A DNA stretch of 64,000 nt from Escherichia phage radambza. Both the position numbers and the translations under genes were made by a program. Shown in pieces: positions 1 to 8,787 of this stretch. A model generated the notes under the pieces. It worked only from the letters and a program-made list of their open reading frames with translations. It was not told the DNA's origin and did no database searches. Each line of letters begins with the position of its first letter. Position 1 is the stretch's first letter. The stretch lies in the sequence record MN850639.1; one strand, written 5' to 3'.

Positions 1-1788
1 ATCAATGTCAACTCCACAACCAGATGCTTTGATGAGACGTCCTGTATCTGGATTGTACCAAGTATGACCAGCAATACCAGTTGACTTACCATGCCGACGG
101 CACTTAGTTAACTTGATTTTTGTCAAGTTTTTCTTAACAGGGTCTGGGTCAACCTTGTTACGCATTAACAGAATGTTGTTCATAGAAATCTGGAAATACG
201 CACCAGAGCCTTTGATATCCTCTTCAGAGATATCTCCACCTTCAGAGTTGGCTTTCTGACCCCCTGCGCTCTTACGAACGTGACAGACGTTCACCTGTGC
301 ATACTGGTAGCGTTTGCAACGGCGCAATAGTTCAGACAAAACTTCCTCTTCATCCGTATCTGAACGTGACAGAGCCAACGTAATAGGGTCAAGAATAATA
401 ATCTTACAGTCTAAACTGTTAACAAGATAGTCAACAAATTCCAGCAGGTTATCTTGGTCAATTGCACCTTGATGGTCTACGATGTGGATACGACGACCTT
501 TAGATAGCTCTGCATGTGCTTCCTTCAATTCATCCCAATCACGTTCGTCATAAGGAATCTCAGAAATCTGCTTGCTGAGGTGGATTGCACAGAGCATCTC
601 CATCAACTCTTCATAGGTATCTTCGACCGGAATTACACCAATATTGTAATCGGTATCTTTCCAAGCAGTATAAATCATTTCACGAGTGTATGCTGATTTA
701 CCCACTGAAGATGGTGCTGCCAGAGTTGTAATCTCACCTAAACCATAACCGCCATAAGTCAGCCTGTTCAAATCTCCGAAAGATTCTGGGAAAGGAATCA
801 ATGGAATCTGACCACGATTCTTCATTGCCTCAAAACCATCTGCGAAGTTCTTGATACCAGCAGGGCAGTAACGGGGCGCATTGTAGATACGCTGCTTAAA
901 CCCTTCAAGAACTGTGTCTTTCTCTTTATAGAACTTTGTCCACCATTCGTTAAGGTCTTTTACACCTTCTGGATACTGGAATAAACGAACCTTCTCAATA
1001 GGTAGGATACCAGCAGCCTCTTTGGTAGCTTTAGCACCTGCTTCATCGTTATCAAAGCACAAGTAAATCTCATCAAATGATGTGATGTACTGATAGTTGT
1101 CTTTGATAGACTTAATGTTTGCACCTGATGGTACAGATACGTGACAGTAATTCTTACGACGAGACTTATCTTTAATCGCAAGAGAAGTCATATAGATTGC
1201 TGTCGCACATTCCATCTCACCTTCCCAGATGAATAGACGGTTACCGCCTTCTGGAGCAATCCATGAACCGAACATTGCCAGTTCACCTTTAATGTCTCCA
1301 ACACCACCAGAAAAGTCTTTTAGCTTACCACGTAGGTGCTCTTTTGGATGGTCTTCTGGGTAACGGTGACGAACACGGTAACCAACATGTTCTAGCTTAC
1401 CATCTTCATTACGTTTGTAAGTTGGATAGAAATGTGCGTCAATTTCACCATCACTGTCAATGTCAACCTTGATACCTAAGCGTTCAAGGACTTTTGCAGG
1501 AATCTTCCTGTCTTTCAAGTCCATTGCTTCTAGGTTTTCTTTTACATCGTCTAAATCCATTCCACGGAAAGTACGGTTTTTATTGTCTGAACCAGTAGAA
1601 TAAGTGCTCACGATTTGTCCTTTATCAAAATCCCACTCTGGGAAACCTTTGTTACAACTAAAGCAAGTCATCGAATAAGAATCATCGTCATGATGATAGA
1701 TTGAACCAGCATCTGATGAACCACAACGTGGACATGCACAATGACCAATAAACTGACCAGCCTCTTTCAATTTACGACCTTTAGACAT
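1..1788 (-). CDS. DNA primase-helicase, T7 gp4-like (partial; C-terminus beyond window start)
   Basis: Minus-strand frame open from ATG at 1788 to base 1 (ORF track omits it, no stop in window). N-term MSKGRKLKEAGQFIGHCACPRCGSSDAGS = CxxC zinc ribbon of primases; Walker A APSSVGKSAY near 690-730. RBS GAGGTG upstream. Confidence 0.8.
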   Translation of the reverse strand, partial: MSKGRKLKEAGQFIGHCACPRCGSSDAGSIYHHDDDSYSMTCFSCNKGFPEWDFDKGQIVSTYSTGSDNKNRTFRGMDLDDVKENLEAMDLKDRKIPAKVLERLGIKVDIDSDGEIDAHFYPTYKRNEDGKLEHVGYRVRHRYPEDHPKEHLRGKLKDFSGGVGDIKGELAMFGSWIAPEGGNRLFIWEGEMECATAIYMTSLAIKDKSRRKNYCHVSVPSGANIKSIKDNYQYITSFDEIYLCFDNDEAGAKATKEAAGILPIEKVRLFQYPEGVKDLNEWWTKFYKEKDTVLEGFKQRIYNAPRYCPAGIKNFADGFEAMKNRGQIPLIPFPESFGDLNRLTYGGYGLGEITTLAAPSSVGKSAYTREMIYTAWKDTDYNIGVIPVEDTYEELMEMLCAIHLSKQISEIPYDERDWDELKEAHAELSKGRRIHIVDHQGAIDQDNLLEFVDYLVNSLDCKIIILDPITLALSRSDTDEEEVLSELLRRCKRYQYAQVNVCHVRKSAGGQKANSEGGDISEEDIKGSGAYFQISMNNILLMRNKVDPDPVKKNLTKIKLTKCRRHGKSTGIAGHTWYNPDTGRLIKASGCGVDID

Positions 1789-1981
1789 TAGCACCTCTTC
1801 GTTGTAGTTCTGCCTTCAATCCATTTTCAATCTTGTCCAGTTCATGAATTTCATCTGCAATCTCTTTCCTTCGTGATTCAACTCTCTTAAGACGTTCAAT
1901 CATTACCTCATTGGAAAGAGATGAGAGTTCCACTAAACGGTGGTCAATAACTTTAAAATTGTCTTTTACTCTCATCTTCAT
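1781..1981 (-). CDS. hypothetical coiled-coil protein (66 aa)
   Basis: ORF track; charged heptad-like sequence; overlaps primase start by 8 nt. Confidence 0.45.
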   Translation of the reverse strand: MKMRVKDNFKVIDHRLVELSSLSNEVMIERLKRVESRRKEIADEIHELDKIENGLKAELQRRGANV

Positions 1982-1989
1982 TCTCTCTT

Positions 1990-2733
1990 TTAAACTTTAA
2001 TGATGGCTCTTAGCTTGTTCTCAAGGTCTGCAAGAGTACCATTATTATGAATAATGTCACGCTCATATTTTGTAGAAATCCCATTTTCTGAAACATGTGA
2101 TGAAACTTTGTCCACATTGTCTCTTTTTACTTCAATAGTTTGGTGTGCAAATCTACTCAGCCATTCAGCTTCAGAGTCAAATCTTAAATCACTGATTAAG
2201 ACAAAACCATATTGATTTCTAAGTGAGCACATTTCATGGAATCTAACCATTCTTTTTTCAAGGTCTTTAGACCAGAACTTGTCGCCCATTACTTTACGGA
2301 CAACTTCAGTACCCCAAATCTGTTGAATTTGTCTTGATGAGAATTTATACTTTTTACTAAATCCCAGACGTGTTAATAGGGTAGGTTTAGCAACCTTCTT
2401 AAGCTCCATGATTAATCGTCCGGTTAACTCTGACATAAGCTTGAAGTCCATATGGTAACGTTCATCTCTGAAGGTGAACTCCATAGCTTCCGTAACTTTA
2501 AACATCAGTTCAGGATATGATAAGTCAAAAACCTGTGGAGTCTCTTTAGTTTCACCGTACAGGTCATTCCAAGTCAAGTCAAATATCTTTGATGCAGATA
2601 GTTTAAGGTTGTCTGCAAAGGCCATTACTTCAACATTGTAGCCATACTCATCCTCTAAAATGTTCTTCACAATAGAACATGAGGTGTCTTTTCCAGAACG
2701 TGCCTTTCCAGTAAATGCGATAATATTACTCAT
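1990..2733 (-). CDS. deoxynucleoside monophosphate kinase
   Basis: N-terminal P-loop AFTGKARSGKDT resembles T4 gene 1 dNMP kinase; 247 aa. Confidence 0.65.
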   Translation of the reverse strand: MSNIIAFTGKARSGKDTSCSIVKNILEDEYGYNVEVMAFADNLKLSASKIFDLTWNDLYGETKETPQVFDLSYPELMFKVTEAMEFTFRDERYHMDFKLMSELTGRLIMELKKVAKPTLLTRLGFSKKYKFSSRQIQQIWGTEVVRKVMGDKFWSKDLEKRMVRFHEMCSLRNQYGFVLISDLRFDSEAEWLSRFAHQTIEVKRDNVDKVSSHVSENGISTKYERDIIHNNGTLADLENKLRAIIKV

Positions 2734-2794
2734 TTTATCTCCATTAATTACTAAAAAGCCCCCAACTAAGGAGGCTTGTAAGATTTATAAAGAC

Positions 2795-3595
2795 TTAGTG
2801 TAGTTGCTCAGCAGACTCTTTTTCATCCATAGCTGAGAGTTGCTTCACAAAATCATCACCGAAGTTAATGCGTAGTTTCTCTTCAATGATGGAAGCACCA
2901 ATGTTCACCAAAACATCATTGATTGCTTGCATACTGACGCCACCAGTCATCTCTTCAATGAACTCAATACTCACACCCATCATCTGTGAAAGTTGGATTA
3001 GTGCAACGATATTCATCATCGTAGAGATAGCTGGAATCATTAGTGCAACTTTCACCTGAAGTGGCTCTATATCAGCTACAGAGTCATTTTCAACAGCTTC
3101 TTCCAAAGACTCTTTAGTTTGCTGGATAATCTCTTTGATTCGTGGGTTTAACTCTTCTACACCCCAATCAAGTTTTTCATATCGTGACAGCTTCTCTTCC
3201 ATGCGCTTCTCAAGAGCAGCCATAACAGCACTCGTTGACGAAATTAACAGGTCAACTAGCTCATTATTATCTAAGAGCAGTAGCGAGTCTTTTTCTTCAG
3301 AGGTCATGGCAATATAGTCATTTTTCTGCATCTCATAAAAAATGAACTCTGCAAGAGCATCAACACCTACAACAATAGATGCTAAAGCAAGTGTTTTGTC
3401 GCACAGCATCATATTAACCTGTTCTGCAAAAGCACCGTTATCAGACTTGTCTTTAGGCAGGTTATAGCTTGCAGGCATAAACTGTTCTGTGTAGTTGTTT
3501 CCACGAAGAATCATAGCCATGCTTTCTACGGCATTGATTAAGAAAGCTTCGTCAATACCTTTTTCTTCAAGCATCTGGTCTACAGTAGTATTCAT
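2795..3595 (-). CDS. hypothetical protein (266 aa)
   Basis: ORF track; acidic helical protein, no recognised motif. Confidence 0.5.
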   Translation of the reverse strand: MNTTVDQMLEEKGIDEAFLINAVESMAMILRGNNYTEQFMPASYNLPKDKSDNGAFAEQVNMMLCDKTLALASIVVGVDALAEFIFYEMQKNDYIAMTSEEKDSLLLLDNNELVDLLISSTSAVMAALEKRMEEKLSRYEKLDWGVEELNPRIKEIIQQTKESLEEAVENDSVADIEPLQVKVALMIPAISTMMNIVALIQLSQMMGVSIEFIEEMTGGVSMQAINDVLVNIGASIIEEKLRINFGDDFVKQLSAMDEKESAEQLH

Positions 3596-3596
3596 A

Positions 3597-4019
3597 TTAT
3601 TTCTCTCTCAGTTGGTTAAGTTTCTTTCTAGAGCATTTTAAGTTTTCAGATGAAGAAAAGTCAAGTGTCTTTTCAGAACGTGGATAATAGTGTCTATCCC
3701 AAGAAGTTTCAACATCGTTAATCAGTGACGCTAGATTACACAGGTCTGTACCACTTTGCAACCTCTTTTTAAGAGAATCTAGTAAAGCAACTGTGTCTTT
3801 AGCTTTACGTCTCGCTGTAGCAACATCTTTCATATGCTCAAATACAGAGCATTTTAAGTCATCTTCATAGTTTTCAGACAACTCTATTTCATGTTGTATA
3901 TCAACCATTCTCCTGTGATGGTGAGCATATTCCCGTTGAGCAGCAATGTCAAGTTCTTCCAACTTCTGCAAAGCTCTAACAAAGTCAGCTATGTCTGGGT
4001 GAACAAACATTTTCTGCAT
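3597..4019 (-). CDS. hypothetical protein (140 aa)
   Basis: ORF track; adjacent to previous ORF, first gene of the leftward operon. Confidence 0.5.
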   Translation of the reverse strand: MQKMFVHPDIADFVRALQKLEELDIAAQREYAHHHRRMVDIQHEIELSENYEDDLKCSVFEHMKDVATARRKAKDTVALLDSLKKRLQSGTDLCNLASLINDVETSWDRHYYPRSEKTLDFSSSENLKCSRKKLNQLREK

Positions 4020-4194
4020 GTAAGCCTCTTTTAAGTAACTATTAAGTTTTAATCTTTTATCTTAACGTATTCTATACGTTATACTTTAAAGCTTTTTAAA
4101 AGCTATTAAATAATCTTTTAAGAGTTTTAAAGTATCTGTATAGTTAAACTGTTAAGTAACCTTTTAAGTAAAAACCCACTTCGCAAAGATTAAC

Positions 4195-4217
4195 ACCTTG
4201 TCAAGTACATTGTCAAC
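4195..4217 (+). promoter_or_regulatory. conserved motif ACCTTGTCAAGTACATTGTCAAC in divergent promoter region
   Basis: Two TGTCAA half-sites around an AAGTAC core, followed by TATAAT at 4226-4231; 60 bp upstream of the DNA polymerase start. Confidence 0.5.
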
Positions 4218-4276
4218 TTGCTTTTTATAATTTTTTGCAGTAATGTATGAGGTTAATGATTTTAGAGGGAGTAAAA

Positions 4277-6976
4277 ATGGAAAACGTAGATTTTAAAAAC
4301 TTACATTTGGTTGGTGATACAGAAACTGATGGTTTACTCCTTGAGTTCACTAAAGTGCACGTAATGGCTTTCGCAGACTATAAATCTGACGAGGAAGAGC
4401 CACCTGTATGGGTCTTTACAGATGAACCTATCCTCGGTCACAAGTACACCAAGTACATCAAGGGTGGCTTACGTGAAGGTATTGAGTTTGCGTTAAAGGC
4501 AAAACGTCTTTGCATCCACAACGGTCTCGGTTATGACTGGTGGGTTTTCAATCACATTGCACCTGATTTATGGAACTTTGATAATCCAAAGTGTAAACCG
4601 TGGAGTAATTTCTTTCAGGATTCTCTTATCCAGTCTCGTGTTCAGTGGATGGATAGACCAACTCCAAAGGGTTATAAAGGTGCTCATGGTTTGGCTGCAT
4701 GGGGTGCTCGTGTTGGTGTTCGTAAACCAGAGATTGAGCATTGGGGTGTGTGGAATGCAGAAATCTTCACTCGTGTTGTAGAAGATATCCGTATTAACGC
4801 CAAAACTAAACGGGCACTTGATAACGAGTATCTCAAGCTTAAGAAGTGTGGCATAGACACTTATGAAACCTACATGCGAGCTAAAGAAACATCTTTCTGG
4901 ATGAGTCAACAAGCTATTAATGGTTGGAAAGCTGATAAAGAGCTTATGGAGTTCCATGTAAAGGAACTTGACAAGTTGACTAATGAGCTTGCTTCAGAGG
5001 TTGAACCACATCTTCCTCCAACTATTAAGACTAAAGGTAAAGTTACTGGAGAAGAGTTTGCAAAAGCTTGGAATGAGTATGTTGAAGCGTTCGGTCATGC
5101 AGATGGACTGAAGAGAATTACCAAGTACCCTAAGACGAAGTACCGTCAGCAGGTACGTAACGGTGAGATGCAGACATATGAAATCAAGCCATTTGGTAAG
5201 CCAACTACAAAGATTTTTAACATTGAAAAAAGAAATTGCTATACACCAACCAACACTGTAACTGGTGAAGAGTACAAGGAAGGTTTTGTAGCAATGAAGG
5301 ATGCTCGTGCAATTTGCAATGCGTTGAACGCAAAGATTGGTAAGAAATGCAAAGACTGGAAGCCAGTAAAAACAGTCAAAACTGTGAAGTACTATAACAG
5401 TCACGTTGTTAACCACTTTGAACTTGAGTCAAGTCGCTACACAGGTTTGATTGATGCACCATATACACCAATTGAGTTCGAAGTTTCTCGTATGACTCAG
5501 GTAGCAGTTGTTAAAGACTACTTGAAATCAGTTGGTTGGATTCCAGATGACTGGAACTACAAGAAAGACTCTGATGGTCGCCCTGTCAAAGTTTGTCGTT
5601 TCAAAGACAATAAAAAGATGATTACAAAGCATCCTAAGTGGCAGGAAATGGTTGAGCGGTGTGGTTTGAGTTATGTTGAACATGAAGGTGTACAGTACAT
5701 CGAGCATAACTGGTCTGTGAAGAAATACACAGATTTGCTTGAACCTTGCTTAATCCGTACTTCACCAAAACTTACTGAATCATCTTATGATACGATTGAA
5801 GGTGAGCTTGGACAGAAGATTGCTAAGTACTATACTTTGATGCACCGACGCAGAACTATTGAGAACTCAAAGGATGATGAAAAAGGTTGGTTGAACCAGA
5901 TTCGTCCTGATGGTCGCCTTAGTGCTGGTGCAATGGTATTTGGTACTTCAACTGGACGTATGACACAATATGGTATTGTAAACGTACCGTCTGGTGCTGC
6001 TGTCTATGGAGCACCTATGAGGGAGGTGTGGACTTGTGAAGATGGTACAGATATCATCTCCGTAGACCAAAACTCAGCCCAGCTAGTTCTTCTTTGTAAC
6101 TTTATGGGTGATGAAGACTTCACTAAAGCGGTAACTGAGGGTAAAGAGTCAGTAGAGTTCACTAAGCAAGATGATGGTAGATACTACTGTAAGCATCTTG
6201 ACAAGTATCTTAACCCAGAAACTGACAAGTATCTGCGTTATGATGCTGAAAATGACCTCTATGAAGTCTACACAGGGACTGATGCACATACACTGAACAG
6301 TATTTACTTTGGTCTGAACAAAGAAGAAGATATTGTTCGTTGTAGGGAGACACAGGATGAGGAACTTCTTCACGAAATTACAAAAGGCCGTAAGAAGGCT
6401 AAGAATGGCATCTACGCCCTGTTATTTGGAGCCGGAGACGAGAAGTTTGCAAAAACTATCAAGGCATCATCTACGGAAGAGGGTGCGTTAACTAAACAAA
6501 CTTACTTTGTGCGCCTCCCTAAGATTAAGAAGCTGCTGGACAGGTTAGAGGAAGACTTCAAAGCAACTAAGAAAGCACTTGAAGAGGTTTTCGGAAAAAC
6601 TTCTGCAATTGCCAAAGGTGGTTATATCAAAGTTGCTGGAGCGTGGTTATGGTGTAAATCTCCACATAAGTTATTGAATTACACACTTATGGGTAGTGAG
6701 GCTCAGGTGCAGAATGAGGGTATTAACTTGGCTAACAGAGAGTTAACAGAGCGTAAGCTTACAGTCCTAAATGGTAGGAAGCCCGCTATTGGTGCTAGGT
6801 GGGTCTGTAGTTACCACGATGAGGTCTCTTTAGAGGTTCCAACAAAAGATGTACCTGATGTTAAGGAGATTATTGATAGAATGTATGGTCAAGCATCAAA
6901 AAATCTTGGATTAAAGAGTAAGACGCTTGTTACAGGCACTGGTAAGGTAGGTAAGACATGGTACGCCGTACACTAA
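4277..6976 (+). CDS. DNA polymerase, family A (Pol I / T7-like) with 3'-5' exonuclease
   Basis: 900 aa ORF; start moved to ATG 4277 behind RBS AGGGAG; exo motif DTETDG; C-terminal motif C SYHDEVSLEV (HDE). Confidence 0.85.
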   Translation: MENVDFKNLHLVGDTETDGLLLEFTKVHVMAFADYKSDEEEPPVWVFTDEPILGHKYTKYIKGGLREGIEFALKAKRLCIHNGLGYDWWVFNHIAPDLWNFDNPKCKPWSNFFQDSLIQSRVQWMDRPTPKGYKGAHGLAAWGARVGVRKPEIEHWGVWNAEIFTRVVEDIRINAKTKRALDNEYLKLKKCGIDTYETYMRAKETSFWMSQQAINGWKADKELMEFHVKELDKLTNELASEVEPHLPPTIKTKGKVTGEEFAKAWNEYVEAFGHADGLKRITKYPKTKYRQQVRNGEMQTYEIKPFGKPTTKIFNIEKRNCYTPTNTVTGEEYKEGFVAMKDARAICNALNAKIGKKCKDWKPVKTVKTVKYYNSHVVNHFELESSRYTGLIDAPYTPIEFEVSRMTQVAVVKDYLKSVGWIPDDWNYKKDSDGRPVKVCRFKDNKKMITKHPKWQEMVERCGLSYVEHEGVQYIEHNWSVKKYTDLLEPCLIRTSPKLTESSYDTIEGELGQKIAKYYTLMHRRRTIENSKDDEKGWLNQIRPDGRLSAGAMVFGTSTGRMTQYGIVNVPSGAAVYGAPMREVWTCEDGTDIISVDQNSAQLVLLCNFMGDEDFTKAVTEGKESVEFTKQDDGRYYCKHLDKYLNPETDKYLRYDAENDLYEVYTGTDAHTLNSIYFGLNKEEDIVRCRETQDEELLHEITKGRKKAKNGIYALLFGAGDEKFAKTIKASSTEEGALTKQTYFVRLPKIKKLLDRLEEDFKATKKALEEVFGKTSAIAKGGYIKVAGAWLWCKSPHKLLNYTLMGSEAQVQNEGINLANRELTERKLTVLNGRKPAIGARWVCSYHDEVSLEVPTKDVPDVKEIIDRMYGQASKNLGLKSKTLVTGTGKVGKTWYAVH

Positions 6977-7461
6977 CACTTCAAGATTACAAGGATAATT
7001 TTATTTACGACCCCGACAAAGGGGTCTTCTACAACAAGTACGACAGGAATAGACAAGCTAAAGCTGGGCAGATTGCAGGAGGTGCTGATGCTTACGGTTA
7101 CAAAGTACTTAAATTCAAAGATGTCGTAATAAAAATTCATCACCTCGTTTGGTGGTTTGAGCATGGTTACAAACCCACTAAGATGATAGACCACATTGAT
7201 GGTAACAGGAGTAATAATCACATTTCTAATCTTAGGGAGGCTGATAAATACGGAAATGCTCAAAATAGAGTAAAGCAGACAACTAACAAATCAGGTTACA
7301 AGGGTGTTTATTACTTTAAAGACTGCAATAAGTGGAGGGCGACTATAACATGCAGAGGTAAAAGGACATCACTTGGTTTATTTGACACACCAGAAGAAGC
7401 CCATAAAGCTTACTGTGAAGCTGCTGTAAAACTCCACGGAGAGTTTGCAAAACTAAGTTGA
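6958..7461 (+). CDS. HNH homing endonuclease with AP2-like DNA-binding domain
   Basis: HHLVWWFEHGY...DHIDGNRSNNHISNLR (HNH) followed by YKGVYY...WRA...GLFDTPEEAHKAY (AP2-like); overlaps pol 3' end by 19 nt. Confidence 0.7.
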   Translation: MVRRTLTLQDYKDNFIYDPDKGVFYNKYDRNRQAKAGQIAGGADAYGYKVLKFKDVVIKIHHLVWWFEHGYKPTKMIDHIDGNRSNNHISNLREADKYGNAQNRVKQTTNKSGYKGVYYFKDCNKWRATITCRGKRTSLGLFDTPEEAHKAYCEAAVKLHGEFAKLS

Positions 7462-7512
7462 CAAGGTGCTCAGGGAAGAGTACCTTATACTATATCTTGT
7501 ATAGGAGGGCTT

Positions 7513-7722
7513 ATGAGCCACCGTGGAAGAACCCATGCAGCGATGATGAAAGGTGCTTCAAAGGAAACTATCAAGAACCGTAAGCAGAAGTTGTTTGAGA
7601 GGATGAACAGGTTAATTGACAATTCATCTCTTTCAGGTTCTGAGAAGGTTTTCTTGAAAGGTAATCTGAAAAGCATTGCACAAGAACTTATTGACATTGA
7701 GTATTGGAGACATCAAAAATGA
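7513..7722 (+). CDS. hypothetical protein (69 aa)
   Basis: ATG behind RBS AGGAGG. Confidence 0.5.
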   Translation: MSHRGRTHAAMMKGASKETIKNRKQKLFERMNRLIDNSSLSGSEKVFLKGNLKSIAQELIDIEYWRHQK

Positions 7723-7931
7723 CACTTGCAGACGTTATTCAGCAACTTCATGACAATTGCTACACTCCAGAGTTAATTCAGGAGATGCTTATTGTAGTGA
7801 TGCCTAGTAAGTTCGTAAAAGGTTTTAATCATGATTCTTTAAGGTCTGCACACATTCTTATTGTTGACGGTAAGATTGCAAGAGACCGTACAGGAGTCCT
7901 TAAGGGTGAGTGTATTAATATTGACATCTGA
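7719..7931 (+). CDS. hypothetical protein (70 aa)
   Basis: Track ORF 7704 uses TTG; first ATG at 7719 behind GGAGA (MTLADVIQQ...). Confidence 0.45.
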   Translation: MTLADVIQQLHDNCYTPELIQEMLIVVMPSKFVKGFNHDSLRSAHILIVDGKIARDRTGVLKGECINIDI

Positions 7932-7949
7932 GTATTGGAGATACCAAAA

Positions 7950-8105
7950 ATGAAACGCAAAGTAAAGTTATTTAATTTATATGGAAGAGTCGCTAAAGGT
8001 TTTGACTGGCAACTGTTACGTTCAAATGTTAAAAGCAATGAATTAGCACCTCTTATCATAAACTACCGACGCACATACAGAGAAGTAGAACATCGTGAAC
8101 AGTAA
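7950..8105 (+). CDS. hypothetical small basic protein (51 aa)
   Basis: Not in ORF track (<60 aa); ATG preceded by the same GAGTATTGGAGA-YAYCAAAAATG initiation region as the upstream gene. Confidence 0.35.
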   Translation: MKRKVKLFNLYGRVAKGFDWQLLRSNVKSNELAPLIINYRRTYREVEHREQ

Positions 8106-8109
8106 TAGG

Positions 8110-8355
8110 ATGAGTATTATGTGGAAAGCAGTAATTGCACTTGGTGTTATTTTTCTATCTGGCTGCAACCCTTCTTATGAAGATAAGAATGCTTCTTACA
8201 GCCTCCCACCAGAGATGCAAGATTGCAGAGTATACAAGTTACATGGTGATGCTATAAGCAGAGATATTGTTGTTGTCAGATGTCCAAACTCTCAAACAAC
8301 AACATCTTACAGCTATGGCAAAAATGGACAATCACATACTACGGTTATTGAGTGA
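8110..8355 (+). CDS. putative lipoprotein
   Basis: N-terminal signal peptide with lipobox LSGC (MSIMWKAVIALGVIFLSGC). Confidence 0.55.
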   Translation: MSIMWKAVIALGVIFLSGCNPSYEDKNASYSLPPEMQDCRVYKLHGDAISRDIVVVRCPNSQTTTSYSYGKNGQSHTTVIE

Positions 8356-8365
8356 GGTTTTCACG

Positions 8366-8572
8366 ATGGAAGTCCTAGTAAACTATATCTATTGTTATGA
8401 TGTTGTTCATTCCACTACAACTGTAGCTCAACGTAATCCAATAGTTCCACGAGAAGGTGAGTTGGTTCGCATTGATGGTTGGACTTACACTGTGGAAAGC
8501 ATCATTCATAAGTTTGATGTTGCTGGCGATGTTCAAGTTATCGACGTAGAGATTGGTGGTAAGAGGAAATGA
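8366..8572 (+). CDS. hypothetical protein (68 aa)
   Basis: ATG 8366 behind GTGAGG; the longer track ORF overlaps the lipoprotein gene. Confidence 0.45.
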   Translation: MEVLVNYIYCYDVVHSTTTVAQRNPIVPREGELVRIDGWTYTVESIIHKFDVAGDVQVIDVEIGGKRK

Positions 8573-8787
8573 CTGTAGAAGATAAATTTAAGAACGCAGT
8601 TCTTACAGAAGATGGTGAGCTTGAAACATTCATTCTTCGTGTTGATGGTAAGCTATTCCGGTGTCGTTGTGGGTCAAACTGTTTTCATAAACCAGATAAA
8701 AATGACTTAGAGCTTTACGCATGTAATGCTTGCAATACTTGGTATCACTCAGAGGTTAAAAATGACAACACTGTACAAACAAAATAA
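8569..8787 (+). CDS. zinc-ribbon protein
   Basis: CRC...C and CNAC cysteine pairs; 72 aa. Confidence 0.5.
   Translation: MTVEDKFKNAVLTEDGELETFILRVDGKLFRCRCGSNCFHKPDKNDLELYACNACNTWYHSEVKNDNTVQTK

Noticed and set aside
4533-5416. ORFs of 82, 129 and 140 aa inside or antisense to the DNA polymerase gene
   Set aside because: Fully embedded in a strongly supported 900 aa gene, with Cys/Leu/Phe-rich translations typical of antisense frames.
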